Positions 47,822 to 59,408 are shown, counted from the stretch's first letter. The stretch is DNA of 64,000 bases from Deltaproteobacteria bacterium RIFCSPHIGHO2_02_FULL_44_16 (GCA_001798185.1 MGRM01000012.1:88120-152119); one strand, 5' to 3'. Program-made: numbers and translations. The notes: generated from the letters alone by a model not told the origin.

Positions 47822-49006
47822 TCAAAGGGCGAGTTCACCGCGCATGACGACAATGACATCAGCACCACCTAAGAACTGATCAAAGAGTTCGTTGCCAGTG
47901 GGATGCGAAGAAAGCGTTGTCTCCAAATGAAGAGCGATTTCACCGTGATCATAAGGTTCAATGGTTTTCAATGTAAGTTTCTCAATCACGATATCGACAA
48001 TGGCCGCCATTCCCACCGTAACCTGATCGACCGGCACTTCACCAAGCACCACGCGAATACGAAACGCAACATTGGAAAGTTCCAAACGCGAACCATCGAA
48101 CGTTCCTTCAGCCACTTCTCCTGGCGCTCCTGAAATAATAAGTGTCGCCGTAACACCTGACGGAAGTTGAGAAATTTCCTGACTTCGCAAATACATCACG
48201 ACCGGTGGAAACTCGTCCATACGAAGCGTTGCAGCAGTTCCAGAAATCGAAAGACGAACAGGACCGGTCAGTTCCAAATCTTTTGGGCCGTCGGGAATCA
48301 GTCCCGGAATATCGAGCGCAAATCCACCCGTGTAACATGCCGTCCCATCACCTGGACTGCATTCACCAGGAACGACACCACTCTCTTCTTCTCCTCGCGG
48401 CCCTGGAAGGGCCTTCCCGACAAGCTGCACAAAAACAATCCCCTCGCGCGGAAAATCGTACACCAATTGCACAATCGCCCTCTGCAGGGCTCCGCCCTTT
48501 TCTATGCCTTCGTTTGTTGCTTCCTCGAGAGGCTGAGGTTGCCATCTTTCCGGAACACCTGTTTCCCAACCACCGTAATTTGCGAGTGACGTTTCTAAAT
48601 TAAGAGGAGAATAGGTGAATTGTAATTTCAGAATACTTCCCGGTGGAACAACAATATCTTGAGGAGAAACAATTTGATCTCCAACCATAATGGAGTCGAG
48701 ATGAAAATGACCTGCGGCATTACTGACCGCATCAAATTTCACGAGCCGGAGATGCTGCTCTTCTGTGGTACTCGGATTTCCAATCGTGATCGTTGTTTTT
48801 TTGGATTCCGTAATACGTGTTTCACCGAATTCCTGCAGACGCATATCCGCAAACTGCCCACCACTGCCGCTGCAAGAATTTAAGACCAGAGGGCAAAGAA
48901 CAAAAACGAGAGAGTAGAAAGTTAAGCACCAAACTGGTGAAGATTTTTGAGAAATGTGAGCCAGTTTGGTTTCCTTGAAACTAAAAAATGTTGAGTTCAT
49001 GGTCAT
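47822..49006 (-). CDS. hypothetical lipoprotein
   Basis: hydrophobic signal ending ...LVLNSC followed by SGSG. Confidence 0.4.
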   Translation of the reverse strand: MTMNSTFFSFKETKLAHISQKSSPVWCLTFYSLVFVLCPLVLNSCSGSGGQFADMRLQEFGETRITESKKTTITIGNPSTTEEQHLRLVKFDAVSNAAGHFHLDSIMVGDQIVSPQDIVVPPGSILKLQFTYSPLNLETSLANYGGWETGVPERWQPQPLEEATNEGIEKGGALQRAIVQLVYDFPREGIVFVQLVGKALPGPRGEEESGVVPGECSPGDGTACYTGGFALDIPGLIPDGPKDLELTGPVRLSISGTAATLRMDEFPPVVMYLRSQEISQLPSGVTATLIISGAPGEVAEGTFDGSRLELSNVAFRIRVVLGEVPVDQVTVGMAAIVDIVIEKLTLKTIEPYDHGEIALHLETTLSSHPTGNELFDQFLGGADVIVVMRGELAL

Positions 49007-49082
49007 AGGCCTAATCTTTGAGTCAAGTCTTGCCAAGACACACTGCATCAGCTGCACTGTGTCACTTATCGCTGGATTTTAT

Positions 49083-49136
49083 GAAAGGTTGCGGCTTTTT
49101 ACCTGTTCCATAATATGCGGGGCGTCGGTGAGGGGG
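49083..49136. repeat. duplicated purF 3'-end fragment (distal direct repeat)
   Basis: 41 nt identical to 50921-50961 (TTTTTACCTGTTCCATAATATGCGGGGCGTCGGTGAGGGGG) plus an upstream AAAGGTTGCG match with an indel. Confidence 0.8.
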
Positions 49137-49180
49137 CACGTTATGAATTGGTGTAAGGGCCGAGAAGGGATTTATTAACC

Positions 49181-49774
49181 TCAAACTCTCATAGCATCGT
49201 AAAGCGCATTTTTTTCAGCAGAAGTTAGCTTTCTTCCGAGATCATATAGGGTATATTGATATCCGTTATCGCTCAATTGTTGAACCCAGCCTGCTTTAAG
49301 GATACCTACGAAAATTCTGGATGGTAGCTCATGCACACAGGTTGAAGTTGAAACAAGAACTGCGTCTTTGATGCCCAGCATCTTGCTCGCATCTACAGTG
49401 AGCCATGAGGGAGTAATGACCTGTGTTGGCTTCCGTATTGCTGACATACTTTTAGTAGCTTGTTCACGAAGTCTTTCATGGAGTTGTCCGCTTGTTTCAC
49501 CCGGTTTCTGTAATATTTGTTGTGTTCTTGTAAAAATTAACCTTTCAAACTGAAGTGGTCTTATATTTTTGTCCACCGGAAAACCTGATCGAAAAACACC
49601 GTTTGAGTCCCATCCAGTGGGTAAATGTTCTAAATTTGGTTGTGGGGGCGAGGAGGCTCCAGCATCTCCATCAAAATGCGGAGGGATGCTCGTTGAAGCA
49701 TCGGGCTGACCTGCGCCTTTGATAGCTGGTTTTCCCGGGTCTACTAGTGGCGGTCCTGCCATAAAACCTCCCAT
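49181..49774 (-). CDS. hypothetical protein (197 aa)
   Basis: ORF only. Confidence 0.35.
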   Translation of the reverse strand: MGGFMAGPPLVDPGKPAIKGAGQPDASTSIPPHFDGDAGASSPPQPNLEHLPTGWDSNGVFRSGFPVDKNIRPLQFERLIFTRTQQILQKPGETSGQLHERLREQATKSMSAIRKPTQVITPSWLTVDASKMLGIKDAVLVSTSTCVHELPSRIFVGILKAGWVQQLSDNGYQYTLYDLGRKLTSAEKNALYDAMRV

Positions 49775-49804
49775 TTAGGGCCTGTTTCCTTTAAAGAGGA
49801 GGAT

Positions 49805-50836
49805 TTAAAGCGATGCGACGCGCGTGTTAACAGGACCTTCCGAAAGATCGGGAAGCTCGCCCCTTTGATCGAGAGCATCGAGAGTCTCAGCTATGTCCAT
49901 CGCGATGGCATCGAGAATGCTGTGATCTTCAATGGTAGTAACCCACCTTCCATTCTCAATCCATTCTGTGTCCTTATGGAGACGTTCATGCGCAAAGACT
50001 CGCCAGATGTGCTTGCTGATCCAACGAGGGTCACGAGGATCTCGTCCCATTCGCTTGATCGCGGCAGTGAAAAATTCATGAGGTTCATGAAGAGCATTGA
50101 TGAATTCAGTATCGACAAAGATTGCCGTTTTTCCCTCACCAATCGAAACGGTCGAGGCCAAGATATGCTGATTTGGGTGTTGTGGGTCCTTCGGGAAAGC
50201 ATCATTTATTCGCCCTTTGACAACCACATATCTCTGATCCGTGCTCACCATTCGTCGATACAGGTTGCTCCACTCATTATCCGTAAGACCCGTCTCTCTG
50301 CCCGAGAGCTTTATTTCTGAGGCGATAAAATCGTGTATATACTTTGCGACCTCGGGCACAGTGAAGAGACGAGAGACAATTCTATTTCTCCGCATCAGCC
50401 AACGATGCTCCGAAGGCGTAGGATCTCGATATGAAATCACTTGTCCTTCAGCCACAAGGCTATAGGGATAAACTTCTGCAGATTCTGCTAATGCTTGAGT
50501 TTGATTCGACAATGATACTGCGCTGCCTGTTTCAATGATGGGTTGACTTTGAGTTGGTTCTGGTTGAACGGGATCTGTTTTGACTGGTTTTTTCTCAGAA
50601 AAAAAGATCCTCTGACCTACAGATATAAGATTGGGATTGAAGATCGTATTGATCGCCGTGAGACGTTGAACTTCACCCCAAATCTGTTTTGCCGTAAAAG
50701 TGGTTGAATCGGTGGTCTCTTGAAGATGTTTTTTAGCAATACCCCAAAGGGTATCGCCCCTATCGACATCTTTATAGGAACCTTCTTTTGTTTCTGCCCT
50801 CTTTGGACGGCAGGGGGAAAGGCCTTTGATCGCCAT
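49805..50836 (-). CDS. LysM-domain protein
   Basis: GDTLWGIAKKH...NPNLISVGQRIFF LysM-like motif near the N-terminus. Confidence 0.45.
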   Translation of the reverse strand: MAIKGLSPCRPKRAETKEGSYKDVDRGDTLWGIAKKHLQETTDSTTFTAKQIWGEVQRLTAINTIFNPNLISVGQRIFFSEKKPVKTDPVQPEPTQSQPIIETGSAVSLSNQTQALAESAEVYPYSLVAEGQVISYRDPTPSEHRWLMRRNRIVSRLFTVPEVAKYIHDFIASEIKLSGRETGLTDNEWSNLYRRMVSTDQRYVVVKGRINDAFPKDPQHPNQHILASTVSIGEGKTAIFVDTEFINALHEPHEFFTAAIKRMGRDPRDPRWISKHIWRVFAHERLHKDTEWIENGRWVTTIEDHSILDAIAMDIAETLDALDQRGELPDLSEGPVNTRVASL

Positions 50837-50899
50837 AAGGTCGCTCCGTTAATTCCCACTCCCCCGACATCTCGTATGGATTATCGGCCGATGGCCCCA

Positions 50900-50961
50900 A
50901 AAGGTTGCGTCAATTTTTACTTTTTACCTGTTCCATAATATGCGGGGCGTCGGTGAGGGGG
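50900..50961. repeat. proximal direct repeat, which is the authentic purF 3' end
   Basis: see 49083-49136. Confidence 0.8.
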
Positions 50962-52295
50962 ACGGGATAGTTTCCGGTAAAGCAGGCATCGCAAAACCAT
51001 TCGCGCGATTCGAGCTTGTTGAACCAATAGAGCCCTTCGTGGGAAAGATAGCCAAGAGAATCGGCCGTGATAAACGCACGAATCTGTTCGATCGATTGAT
51101 TCGCTGCAATGAGTTCTTCGCGCGTCGGAAGATCAATACCATAAAAACAGGGCCAGGTAATGGGTGGACTGGAAACACGCATGTGGACTTCTTTGGCTCC
51201 TGCAGCGCGAATCATCTTGATGATTTTCATCGATGTGGTTCCACGAACAATCGAATCATCCACAACCACAACACGTTTTCCTTGAAGCACTTCTTTGACT
51301 GGATTGAGTTTTACGCGAACACCAAAATGACGAATCTCATTTTTCGGTTCAATAAACGTTCGACCGACATAATGATTTCGAATCAGTCCCATTTCATACG
51401 GAAGACCGGATTCCTGCGCATACCCAATCGCCGCAGGGACACCTGAGTCCGGAACGGGAATCACGACATCGGCATCGACCGGATGTTCACGCGCCAGTTG
51501 CTGACCAAATCCTTTTCGAATCGGATAAACATCGCGACCAAAAATGTGACTGTCAGGTCGCGCGAAATAGATGTACTCAAAAATACAGTGCGCTTTTTTT
51601 GGTTCTGAAGGAAATGGTTTGAACGACTGCAGCCCTTTTTTATCAAAGGTGACGATTTCTCCTGGCTCCACTTCGCGTAAGAATGTTGCATCCATCAGAT
51701 CGAGCGCACACGGTTCAGAAACAACGACAAAGGCATCAGCCAGTTTTCCAATCACCAGCGGACGAAAACCTCGAGGATCACGAGCAGCAATGAGCATATC
51801 CTTTGAAAGAAAAACCAGGGAGTAGGCCCCTTCTACTTTTATGAGTGAACGCGCAATGCGATCAACTAAAGTTCCTTCGCGTTCGCGCGCAATCAGATGC
51901 ATAATCACTTCAGTATCCATGGTGGACTGAAAAACAGCTCCCTCTTTTTCGAGCATTTCTTTCAAATAGAGTGCATTGGTCAGATTTCCGTTATGGGAAA
52001 TCGCGAGCGCTTCCCGCGCTCCCCCTGCAGCAAAAGGTTGTGCATTTTCGATCGTTGAAGATCCTGTGGTGGAATATCGCACATGACCAAGCGCAGCATT
52101 TCCACGAAGCGAAGCAATCACATCGTTTGTAAAAATATCGAGCGCCTCTCCCATCGCTTTATGTCGATAAAAAGTTTCATTCGAAACAGAAATAATCCCA
52201 GCGCTCTCTTGTCCACGATGCTGCTGTGCACAGAGCGCAAGATACGCCAGATTCGCTGCTTCATTATGATTCCAAACTCCAACCACACCGCACAT
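50910..52295 (-). CDS. purF: amidophosphoribosyltransferase
   Basis: MCGVVGV N-terminal nucleophile; PRTase domain. Confidence 0.9.
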   Translation of the reverse strand: MCGVVGVWNHNEAANLAYLALCAQQHRGQESAGIISVSNETFYRHKAMGEALDIFTNDVIASLRGNAALGHVRYSTTGSSTIENAQPFAAGGAREALAISHNGNLTNALYLKEMLEKEGAVFQSTMDTEVIMHLIAREREGTLVDRIARSLIKVEGAYSLVFLSKDMLIAARDPRGFRPLVIGKLADAFVVVSEPCALDLMDATFLREVEPGEIVTFDKKGLQSFKPFPSEPKKAHCIFEYIYFARPDSHIFGRDVYPIRKGFGQQLAREHPVDADVVIPVPDSGVPAAIGYAQESGLPYEMGLIRNHYVGRTFIEPKNEIRHFGVRVKLNPVKEVLQGKRVVVVDDSIVRGTTSMKIIKMIRAAGAKEVHMRVSSPPITWPCFYGIDLPTREELIAANQSIEQIRAFITADSLGYLSHEGLYWFNKLESREWFCDACFTGNYPVPLTDAPHIMEQVKSKN

Positions 52296-52324
52296 AGAAT
52301 AAATCCTTTAGTTAGGGTCTGATG

Positions 52325-52486
52325 TCATCGCGAGCCAAAAGGGCGTGGCGATCTGACCGAAGGTCATCCTGAGGCAAAGCCGAAGGATCTCCCGGAGATC
52401 CCTCGCTTTCGCTCGGGACGACACTTTGTGTCGGATTGCTTCGTCGTCCCCCAAGATTCGTGGGGGACTCCTCGCAATGACATACA
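52325..52486. repeat. family-3 repeat, copy c; composite form with a nested insert about 75 bp long
   Basis: family-3 termini GTCATCGCGAGCC...CTCGCAATGACATAC enclosing GTCATCCTGAGG...CTCGCTTTCGCTCGGGACGAC. Confidence 0.7.
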
Positions 52487-52504
52487 GATCTTTGCAAACA
52501 TACC

Positions 52505-54718
52505 TTAAGAAAACATTTTCCCAAACGCATCTTTCCACACATTATAGAGTTCCACTAAATCCGTATGAATCCATTGATTGATGGAGAGCGAACGACCTCC
52601 AACCTGTCCAATCACCGTAGCCTTCACTCCCTCTTCTTTGGCAATCGTTAAAAATGTTTCCACCATATTTGGACTTACCGAAATAACAATTCGCGAAGCA
52701 GCTTCACCAAAAAGGATCGCATCCGCTCTTATTTCCTCAGCGATTTCAACCTTTACACCAAGAAGTCCTGTGGGGCGTGCGAACGAACATTCCGCCAAAC
52801 AGATCGCAAGTCCTCCCTCCGAAACATCATGCGCTGATTTTATAAATCCTCGTTTGATGCCGAGACGACATATTTTCTGCACCCCCACTTCCTGACGCAA
52901 ATCCAAATGAGGTGGAAGACCTGCGGTCTTTCCATGCATCACGGAGAGATATTCACTCCCTCCAAATTCCGCAGTATTCGCTCCAAAAAGGATAATGATA
53001 TCTCCTTCATCTTTCCACCAAGGCGTTGCATGTTTTTCAACATCATCCAAAAGACCGACCATCGCAATGGTTGGCGTGGGATTGATCGCTTTTCCTTTGG
53101 TCTCATTATAGAGACTGACATTTCCGCTGATCACAGGTGTTTCAAGCGCGCGACACGCATCTGAAATCCCACGCACCGCTTGCTCAAACTGCCACATGAT
53201 TTCCGGTTTTTCCGGATTTCCAAAATTGAGACAATCGGTAATTGCCAAAGGTGTTGCGCCAACACAGGAAAGATTTCGAGCTGCTTCAGCAACTGCTAAC
53301 GCCGCGCCGGTGTAAGGGTTCAAAAGACAGTAACGACTGTTACAATCGCTTGTGAGCGCAATCGCTTTTTTTGTTCCCTTGATTCGAATGAGCGCAGCAT
53401 CAGCTCCGGGACCGATGACGGTGTTCGTCATGACCGTATGATCGTATTGTTCCCAGACCCATCCTTTGTAACTCAGGTTTGGCGAAGAGATGAGTTTTAA
53501 GAGTACGTGATTAAAATCACGAGGAACAGGAAGCGCATCGACATCAAGTGTATTGAACATTTTCTGTGTTTCGGGTTCTTTGCGCGGGCGATCATACAGC
53601 GGTGCTTCGTCTGAAATGGGTGCAACCGGCATATCGACCACAAGCTTTTCATGATGATAAATCTGCACCCGACCCATATCGGTCACTTCACCCACAACTG
53701 CCATATCGATGTCCCACTTTTTGCAAATGGCTTCGACCACTTCTTCTTTTCCTTTTTGCGCGACAAGCAGCATTCGCTCTTGAGATTCAGAAAGCATAAT
53801 TTCATACGCTGTCATCCCCTCTTCGCGCTGTGGAACATGATCTAAATTCAGTTTCATCCCCATCGCTGCGCGACTTGCCATCTCAAAGGAGGAGCATGTA
53901 AGACCTGCTGCTCCCATATCTTGAATTCCGATAATCGCATCGGTCTGCATCAGTTCCAAACAGGCTTCAAGCAAAAGCTTCTCCATAAAGGGATCGCCGA
54001 CTTGAACTGTCGGACGACTCTCGTCAGTATTTTCATCAAATTCATCAGACGCCATCGTTGCTCCATGGATTCCATCTCGTCCTGTTTTGGAGCCAATATA
54101 AATAACGGGATTTCCAAGGCCTGCAGCCTTCCCTTTAAAGATTTTATTCGATGCAAGAAGACCGACGGTAAAAGCATTCACCAAAATATTTTGATCGTAA
54201 CACTCATCAAACGAAACTTCTCCACCCACAGTGGGGATCCCCATTGTGTTTCCATAACCGCCAATGCCTGCAACCACACCCTTTACGAGCTGTTTGGTTT
54301 TGGGATGATCAGGTTTTCCAAAACGAAGACTGTTAAGATTTGCAATCGGGCGAGCCCCCATCGTGAAGATATCGCGCAAGATTCCACCAACACCGGTCGC
54401 AGCCCCCTGATACGGTTCTATATATGAAGGATGATTGTGACTCTCCATCTTGAAACAGACAGCGAGTCCATCTCCGATATCAACAATCCCAGCGTTCTCT
54501 CCAGGACCTTGCAGGACACGAGGACCACTTGTCGGAAATTTTTTTAAGTGTATGCGCGAACTTTTATACGAACAATGTTCAGACCACATGACCGAACAGA
54601 TACCGAGTTCAGTAAAATTCGGTTCGCGTCCGAGAAGCGAGCAGAGATGCGCATACTCTTCTGGTGTCAGACCATGCTGATCAATAAGCTCAGGTGTTAT
54701 CTGTGTTGCTTGTTCCAT
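52505..54718 (-). CDS. purL: phosphoribosylformylglycinamidine synthase subunit PurL
   Basis: PurM-like duplicated domains; typical N-terminus [22 protein letters not shown]. Confidence 0.9.
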   Translation of the reverse strand: MEQATQITPELIDQHGLTPEEYAHLCSLLGREPNFTELGICSVMWSEHCSYKSSRIHLKKFPTSGPRVLQGPGENAGIVDIGDGLAVCFKMESHNHPSYIEPYQGAATGVGGILRDIFTMGARPIANLNSLRFGKPDHPKTKQLVKGVVAGIGGYGNTMGIPTVGGEVSFDECYDQNILVNAFTVGLLASNKIFKGKAAGLGNPVIYIGSKTGRDGIHGATMASDEFDENTDESRPTVQVGDPFMEKLLLEACLELMQTDAIIGIQDMGAAGLTCSSFEMASRAAMGMKLNLDHVPQREEGMTAYEIMLSESQERMLLVAQKGKEEVVEAICKKWDIDMAVVGEVTDMGRVQIYHHEKLVVDMPVAPISDEAPLYDRPRKEPETQKMFNTLDVDALPVPRDFNHVLLKLISSPNLSYKGWVWEQYDHTVMTNTVIGPGADAALIRIKGTKKAIALTSDCNSRYCLLNPYTGAALAVAEAARNLSCVGATPLAITDCLNFGNPEKPEIMWQFEQAVRGISDACRALETPVISGNVSLYNETKGKAINPTPTIAMVGLLDDVEKHATPWWKDEGDIIILFGANTAEFGGSEYLSVMHGKTAGLPPHLDLRQEVGVQKICRLGIKRGFIKSAHDVSEGGLAICLAECSFARPTGLLGVKVEIAEEIRADAILFGEAASRIVISVSPNMVETFLTIAKEEGVKATVIGQVGGRSLSINQWIHTDLVELYNVWKDAFGKMFS

Positions 54719-55395
54719 TGTAAAAGCGACTCCCAAATTTTAAATCCATCTCTATTCCCTAACATTTCTTCTGAGCATCGCTCAGGATGCGGCATCAAAC
54801 CAAAAACATTCTTGGTTTCATTACAAATCCCTGCAATTGATTCCACAGAACCATTCGGATTCGCATCATCATCAAGGTCACCGGATGCTGTGGCATAGCG
54901 AAGAATAATTTGGTTATTTTGTTTCAGTTTTTCCAAGCCTCGCGGTTCAAGAAAAAAACTTCCATCCATATGCGCAATCGGAATTTTTAAGACTTCATTT
55001 CGACGATTGGAAAAAGTAAACGGTGTTTCATTATTTTCAACGCGTACAAAAAGATCCTTACAAATAAATGAAAGAGATTTATTGCGCATGAGCGCACCTG
55101 GAAGAAGACGAGCCTCTTGCAAAATTTGAAATCCATTACAGATGCCAAAGACTAAACCACCACTTGCCGCATAATCGCGAACCGATTTCATAATGGGAGC
55201 GCATGCCGCCATAGCACCTGAGCGAAGATAGTCGCCATAGGAAAAGCCACCCGGAAGGACTACGCAGTCGACACCTTGAAGATAGGTTTCTTTATGCCAC
55301 AAAAAAATCGCTTCTTCGCCGAGCACGTTGGTAATCACGTGATGACAGTCGTGATCGCAATTACTTCCTGGAAAAATGACGATACCAAATTTCAT
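54697..55395 (-). CDS. purQ: phosphoribosylformylglycinamidine synthase glutaminase subunit PurQ
   Basis: class-I amidotransferase; [14 protein letters not shown]. Confidence 0.9.
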   Translation of the reverse strand: MKFGIVIFPGSNCDHDCHHVITNVLGEEAIFLWHKETYLQGVDCVVLPGGFSYGDYLRSGAMAACAPIMKSVRDYAASGGLVFGICNGFQILQEARLLPGALMRNKSLSFICKDLFVRVENNETPFTFSNRRNEVLKIPIAHMDGSFFLEPRGLEKLKQNNQIILRYATASGDLDDDANPNGSVESIAGICNETKNVFGLMPHPERCSEEMLGNRDGFKIWESLLQWNKQHR

Positions 55396-55401
55396 ATTAC
55401 T

Positions 55402-55560
55402 CCAAATTCAAAACGTCTCTCGGAGGCAACCTCTCACTACGGCAAAAATCCTCACACGCCAGATTTTTGCCTGCGCTTCAGCCTGCTGGGTATTGAGGCT
55501 TCGTTTCCAGCGTCTGAAGACGCCGCTCGAGGCTCGCCTCCTTCGGCCGTTTTTAAATTA
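55402..55560. repeat. family-2 structured element, copy b, intercistronic between purS and purQ
   Basis: about 90% identical to 10003-10150. Confidence 0.75.
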
Positions 55561-55800
55561 ATTCTCAAATTCAACTCGATAACTTTCAATCACGGTGTTT
55601 GCTAAAAGTTTTTCACACATCTCTTTAAGTTTGATTTCTGCAGCATCACGATTTGTTTCATTCAGCTTCACTTCAAGATATTTTCCGACTCGAACTCCGG
55701 CGACCTCTTTATATCCCATGGAAGAGAGTGCATGTTGTACGGTCTCTCCTTGCGGATCGTGGACACCTTTTTTTAATGTCACATAAATTTTCGCTAACAT
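55558..55800 (-). CDS. purS: phosphoribosylformylglycinamidine synthase subunit PurS
   Basis: 80 aa; YVTLKKGVHDPQGETV motif. Confidence 0.85.
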   Translation of the reverse strand: MLAKIYVTLKKGVHDPQGETVQHALSSMGYKEVAGVRVGKYLEVKLNETNRDAAEIKLKEMCEKLLANTVIESYRVEFEN

Positions 55801-55826
55801 AATAACTCCTATCCCAAACTGATTTT

Positions 55827-55911
55827 GTCATCCCTGCGAAGGCAGGGATCCAGAAGCTTGTCCCCACGAAGGTGGGGATTTCACTGGATTCCCGCCTACG
55901 CGAGAATGACA
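55827..55911. repeat. family-1 element, copy e (three-hairpin variant) between purB and purS
   Basis: GTCATCCCTGCGAAGGCAGGGATCC...GTCCCCACGAAGGTGGGGAT...GGATTCCCGCCTACGCGAGAATGACA. Confidence 0.8.
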
Positions 55912-55914
55912 TAG

Positions 55915-57210
55915 TTATTCTTTAAACACCCTCTTAAAAATCGTATCAATGTGTTTCAAATATTGTTTCAAATCAAAAATTTCATCGAGCTCTTTTTCAG
56001 AAAGATTTTTTTGAATCTGTTTCTCAGCAGCAATGAGATCGTAAAAATGCTTTCCTGTTTTCCATGACTCCATCGCACAAGATTGCACAATTTTATAAGC
56101 CTCTTCGCGTGTCATGCCAGCACGCACCAGATCAAGCAACAAACTTTGGGATGCATACAATCCGCGCGATGATTCTAAATTTGCTGCCATGCGTTCTGGA
56201 AAGACATCCAAGTTGGCCACAACATTTTTCATACGAGCAAGCATAAAATCGACCAGAATCGTCGCATCTGGAGCTATCACACGTTCGACAGACGAGTGAG
56301 AAATATCGCGCTCATGCCAGAGAGCGACATTTTCAAGTGCTGCTTGCGCGTAACTTCTTACAAGCCGTGCAAGTCCCGTCACATTTTCGGAAAGAATGGG
56401 ATTTCGTTTATGCGGCATGGCGCTCGAACCTTTTTGACCTTTGCCAAAACTCTCGGCAACTTCAAAAACTTCGGTCCGTTGCAAATGACGAATCTCGGTT
56501 GAAATTTTTTCAAGTGAGGCTGCAATCCCTGCCAACACAGAAAAGAAAAAGGCGTGACGATCACGTTGAACCACTTGCGTTGAAACCGGCTCAGCTCTGA
56601 TACCGAGCTCATGACACACTTCTTCTTCGAGATCAGGTGAAAGATGAACAAACGTTCCTACAGCTCCAGAAATTTTCCCAACCGCAATATCATTACACGC
56701 AAACGTAAAACGATGTTGGTGACGAAGAAATTCTTCGTACCAAAGTGCACATTTGAGTCCAAACGTAATGGGCTCAGCATGCATGCCGTGTGATCTTCCG
56801 ATCATCGGAGTGTCTTTATAGGTGTGGGCTTGTATTTTGAGAACAGTTAAAAATTCTGTAATATCGTTCTGAATCAACGCAGATGCTCTTTTGAGTTGAA
56901 GCGCAAATGCGGTATCAACTAAATCAGATGAAGTCATTCCCAGGTGAATGAATCGCGAATCGGGTCCTACTTTTTCCGCAACGCTCGTCAAAAAAGCGAT
57001 CACATCATGTTTCACTTCTTCTTCAATAACAGGAATCCGTTCAAGGTCATAGGATGCTTTTGTTTCGATCACCTTCAAACTTGCAGCAGGAATTTCTCCA
57101 CGCTTTGCCCAAGCGCGGCAGACTGCAAGTTCGACCTGAAGCCAAAGATCATACTTCGTTTTTTGACTCCAAACACTTCCCATCTCTTTTCTGGTATATC
57201 GTTCAATCAT
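55915..57210 (-). CDS. purB: adenylosuccinate lyase
   Basis: fumarate-lyase signature region SSAMPHKRNP. Confidence 0.9.
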   Translation of the reverse strand: MIERYTRKEMGSVWSQKTKYDLWLQVELAVCRAWAKRGEIPAASLKVIETKASYDLERIPVIEEEVKHDVIAFLTSVAEKVGPDSRFIHLGMTSSDLVDTAFALQLKRASALIQNDITEFLTVLKIQAHTYKDTPMIGRSHGMHAEPITFGLKCALWYEEFLRHQHRFTFACNDIAVGKISGAVGTFVHLSPDLEEEVCHELGIRAEPVSTQVVQRDRHAFFFSVLAGIAASLEKISTEIRHLQRTEVFEVAESFGKGQKGSSAMPHKRNPILSENVTGLARLVRSYAQAALENVALWHERDISHSSVERVIAPDATILVDFMLARMKNVVANLDVFPERMAANLESSRGLYASQSLLLDLVRAGMTREEAYKIVQSCAMESWKTGKHFYDLIAAEKQIQKNLSEKELDEIFDLKQYLKHIDTIFKRVFKE

Positions 57211-57357
57211 GGTTTATCCTTGAAAAACGTAAAGGGCCCAAGGTGATTTAAAACCTAAGGCCCCCCGAACAACCTATTGAAATGAAAGAAGTTAACTGCT
57301 ATCACCAAGACGTCGATTGTATAGCGGAGCGATCACACACTTGCAAGGCAAACTTTC

Positions 57358-58164
57358 ATGAAACTTTTTTTCTCCATATTATTTTTTTCTTTTTTTCTGA
57401 CCTTTTCTTCTCCAAGGACATCAGCTCAAACACCTTTGGACAACACAGAAGATATCCTTGAAGAAGAGATTCTTCCATCAGACGACCAAAAGAAACCGGT
57501 GAACGAAGATGAAGAGATCGAAGAAGAATTTCAAGAAGATGAGCCTCCGTTGGAAGATGCTCTTCCTGAATCCCCTTCACAGAGATCAGACACAGAAAGC
57601 GCAAACAATATTCTTTTGGTCGGCATTGATGGAGTGGTGACGTTAAGTTATGTTTTTGAAAATTCTCCTGAAAGCTTTGAAATTAAATATCGAATTCACC
57701 TTAAAGGAGAAACAGCAGCGGATACTGCGGTCATCAATGGCGATGCTGAAATCATTGCTGATGTTCAAGGCATGCTTGCGACGTGGCCCGGGGGTGAATG
57801 CAAACTGGAAATCCAAATTCCACAAGTTTCCTTTGAACTCGTGTATAAAAAAACTGGTGAAGAAGCAGCAGTGGTAAATCTTCGCTTTAAGGGAAACATT
57901 CTCGAACAGTGGCAATCAAAATGTTCGTTCAAAGATGGTGGACCCAATTTCGAAACTTCCGGTCCACCTGAAAAGTGGCTCACCGAAGCGTTGCAACTTG
58001 CCTCCCCTCCGTTGACCTCCATCGCTCTTAAATTTGACGATGATAAATCAGCATCAACCACCTTTCAAATTCGCCAAAAAACTTTTAATGACCCGCCTAT
58101 CGGGAGCGCTCAGATTGAAGGGACTGGAATCGTAACGGTAAAACCGAAGAATGCGGAAGAATAA
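57358..58164 (+). CDS. hypothetical secreted acidic protein
   Basis: signal peptide; Glu/Asp-rich N-terminal region. Confidence 0.35.
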   Translation: MKLFFSILFFSFFLTFSSPRTSAQTPLDNTEDILEEEILPSDDQKKPVNEDEEIEEEFQEDEPPLEDALPESPSQRSDTESANNILLVGIDGVVTLSYVFENSPESFEIKYRIHLKGETAADTAVINGDAEIIADVQGMLATWPGGECKLEIQIPQVSFELVYKKTGEEAAVVNLRFKGNILEQWQSKCSFKDGGPNFETSGPPEKWLTEALQLASPPLTSIALKFDDDKSASTTFQIRQKTFNDPPIGSAQIEGTGIVTVKPKNAEE

Positions 58165-58887
58165 TTATTTTTCGATATTTTCAAGAGATTCAATTCCATA
58201 ATTACGAAGTGTAGTTTCAGTGGTAGATCCAATCGCCAAAAATTGAAGCCGACACATTTTTTCCTGAAGACCTCTCTCCAGAATCATCTGCATAAAATGT
58301 TTCACTGCTGATGGACTGGCAAAATGAACGACGTCAAGTTTTCCCTCGTCCATAAGATGAATGAACTGCTCGTGATCAAAATCTTTGGGAAAGATGGTTT
58401 GATAGGTTTCAACAACATCGACAATCGCACCTCTTTTTTCAAGACCCTGCACAAGCATATCTCTCCCCTCTTTGGCTCGCGGAAAAAGAACACGTTTTCC
58501 TTCAAAGGAGTAATTTCGAAGTATTTCCAATAAACCCTCTGCACTTGGAGTTTCCGCAATAATCATATCGTGCACATCGAGGTCATGAAGCAGCTTTGCT
58601 GTTTCTGGTCCAACAGCTGCAACGCGACTTGAAAGATCTTTTCCACAAGGGGCATGCGGACGAGAAAAAAAACGCGCAACAGCATTTCCACTGGTGAACA
58701 AAATCCAGTGGTATTGGAAAAGAGACGCCAGCGCCTCATCAAGCGTTGCATAATGATCCGAAGGATCTGTAATTTCAATGAAAGGAATATGAAGCACTGA
58801 TGCTCCTTGGGCTTCAAATTCGCGAATTGTCTTCTCTGCTTGTTCCTGAGGGCGCGTCACCAGAATTGTTTTTCCTTTGAAGTTCAA
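58165..58887 (-). CDS. hemD: uroporphyrinogen-III synthase
   Basis: GKTILVTRP...GASVLHIPFIEI N-terminal pattern; about 240 aa. Confidence 0.7.
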   Translation of the reverse strand: MNFKGKTILVTRPQEQAEKTIREFEAQGASVLHIPFIEITDPSDHYATLDEALASLFQYHWILFTSGNAVARFFSRPHAPCGKDLSSRVAAVGPETAKLLHDLDVHDMIIAETPSAEGLLEILRNYSFEGKRVLFPRAKEGRDMLVQGLEKRGAIVDVVETYQTIFPKDFDHEQFIHLMDEGKLDVVHFASPSAVKHFMQMILERGLQEKMCRLQFLAIGSTTETTLRNYGIESLENIEK

Positions 58888-58986
58888 CTAATCTCCTTCC
58901 AAATTTCCGCGCAACTGTTTTAGAAGTTCATCGATAAGTACAAAGACATACACCATGCACAAATTCAAGTAACTAAAGGAGGCTTT

Positions 58987-59397
58987 ATGGCAGAAACAAT
59001 ATTACAATTTTCCCCAGCAGTAAAAGCAACCGAAGCAGAAGCAACTCGCTGGGAGCAATCGCCCAGACTTCTACGAACAAGTAATACAGTGGGAGAACCA
59101 GATCGATACAGCGCAGATATTCCTTTTCCCAAAAAATTAAGTACTATTCATTGTTGGCGCTCTCCTTCAACAGCGCCTGAGAAAATGAACACCGTTGTAT
59201 GTAGCATTAGTCCTCAAGATAAAAGTGAAAGCTTACAGCTCAGGTTTGAATATGAGAAAGGTAAAAATTATCCAGTTACCGACAACATTCGTTGGGGTGA
59301 TTTTGATAATGATGGTGATATTGACCTCGCATTTATGCTCCAAATGCATGACGCTTCCAGACAACTTTACGTATGGCATAACGTCACAAAAAAATAG
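58987..59397 (+). CDS. hypothetical protein with a DxDxDGxxD-like motif
   Basis: FDNDGDIDLAF. Confidence 0.3.
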   Translation: MAETILQFSPAVKATEAEATRWEQSPRLLRTSNTVGEPDRYSADIPFPKKLSTIHCWRSPSTAPEKMNTVVCSISPQDKSESLQLRFEYEKGKNYPVTDNIRWGDFDNDGDIDLAFMLQMHDASRQLYVWHNVTKK

Positions 59398-59408
59398 GGA
59401 GTGACAGT

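Noticed and set aside
47822-50836. Prophage or integrative element at 47.8-50.9 kb
   Set aside because: There is no integrase, terminase or structural gene. Only a direct-repeat-bounded 2-gene cassette is supported.
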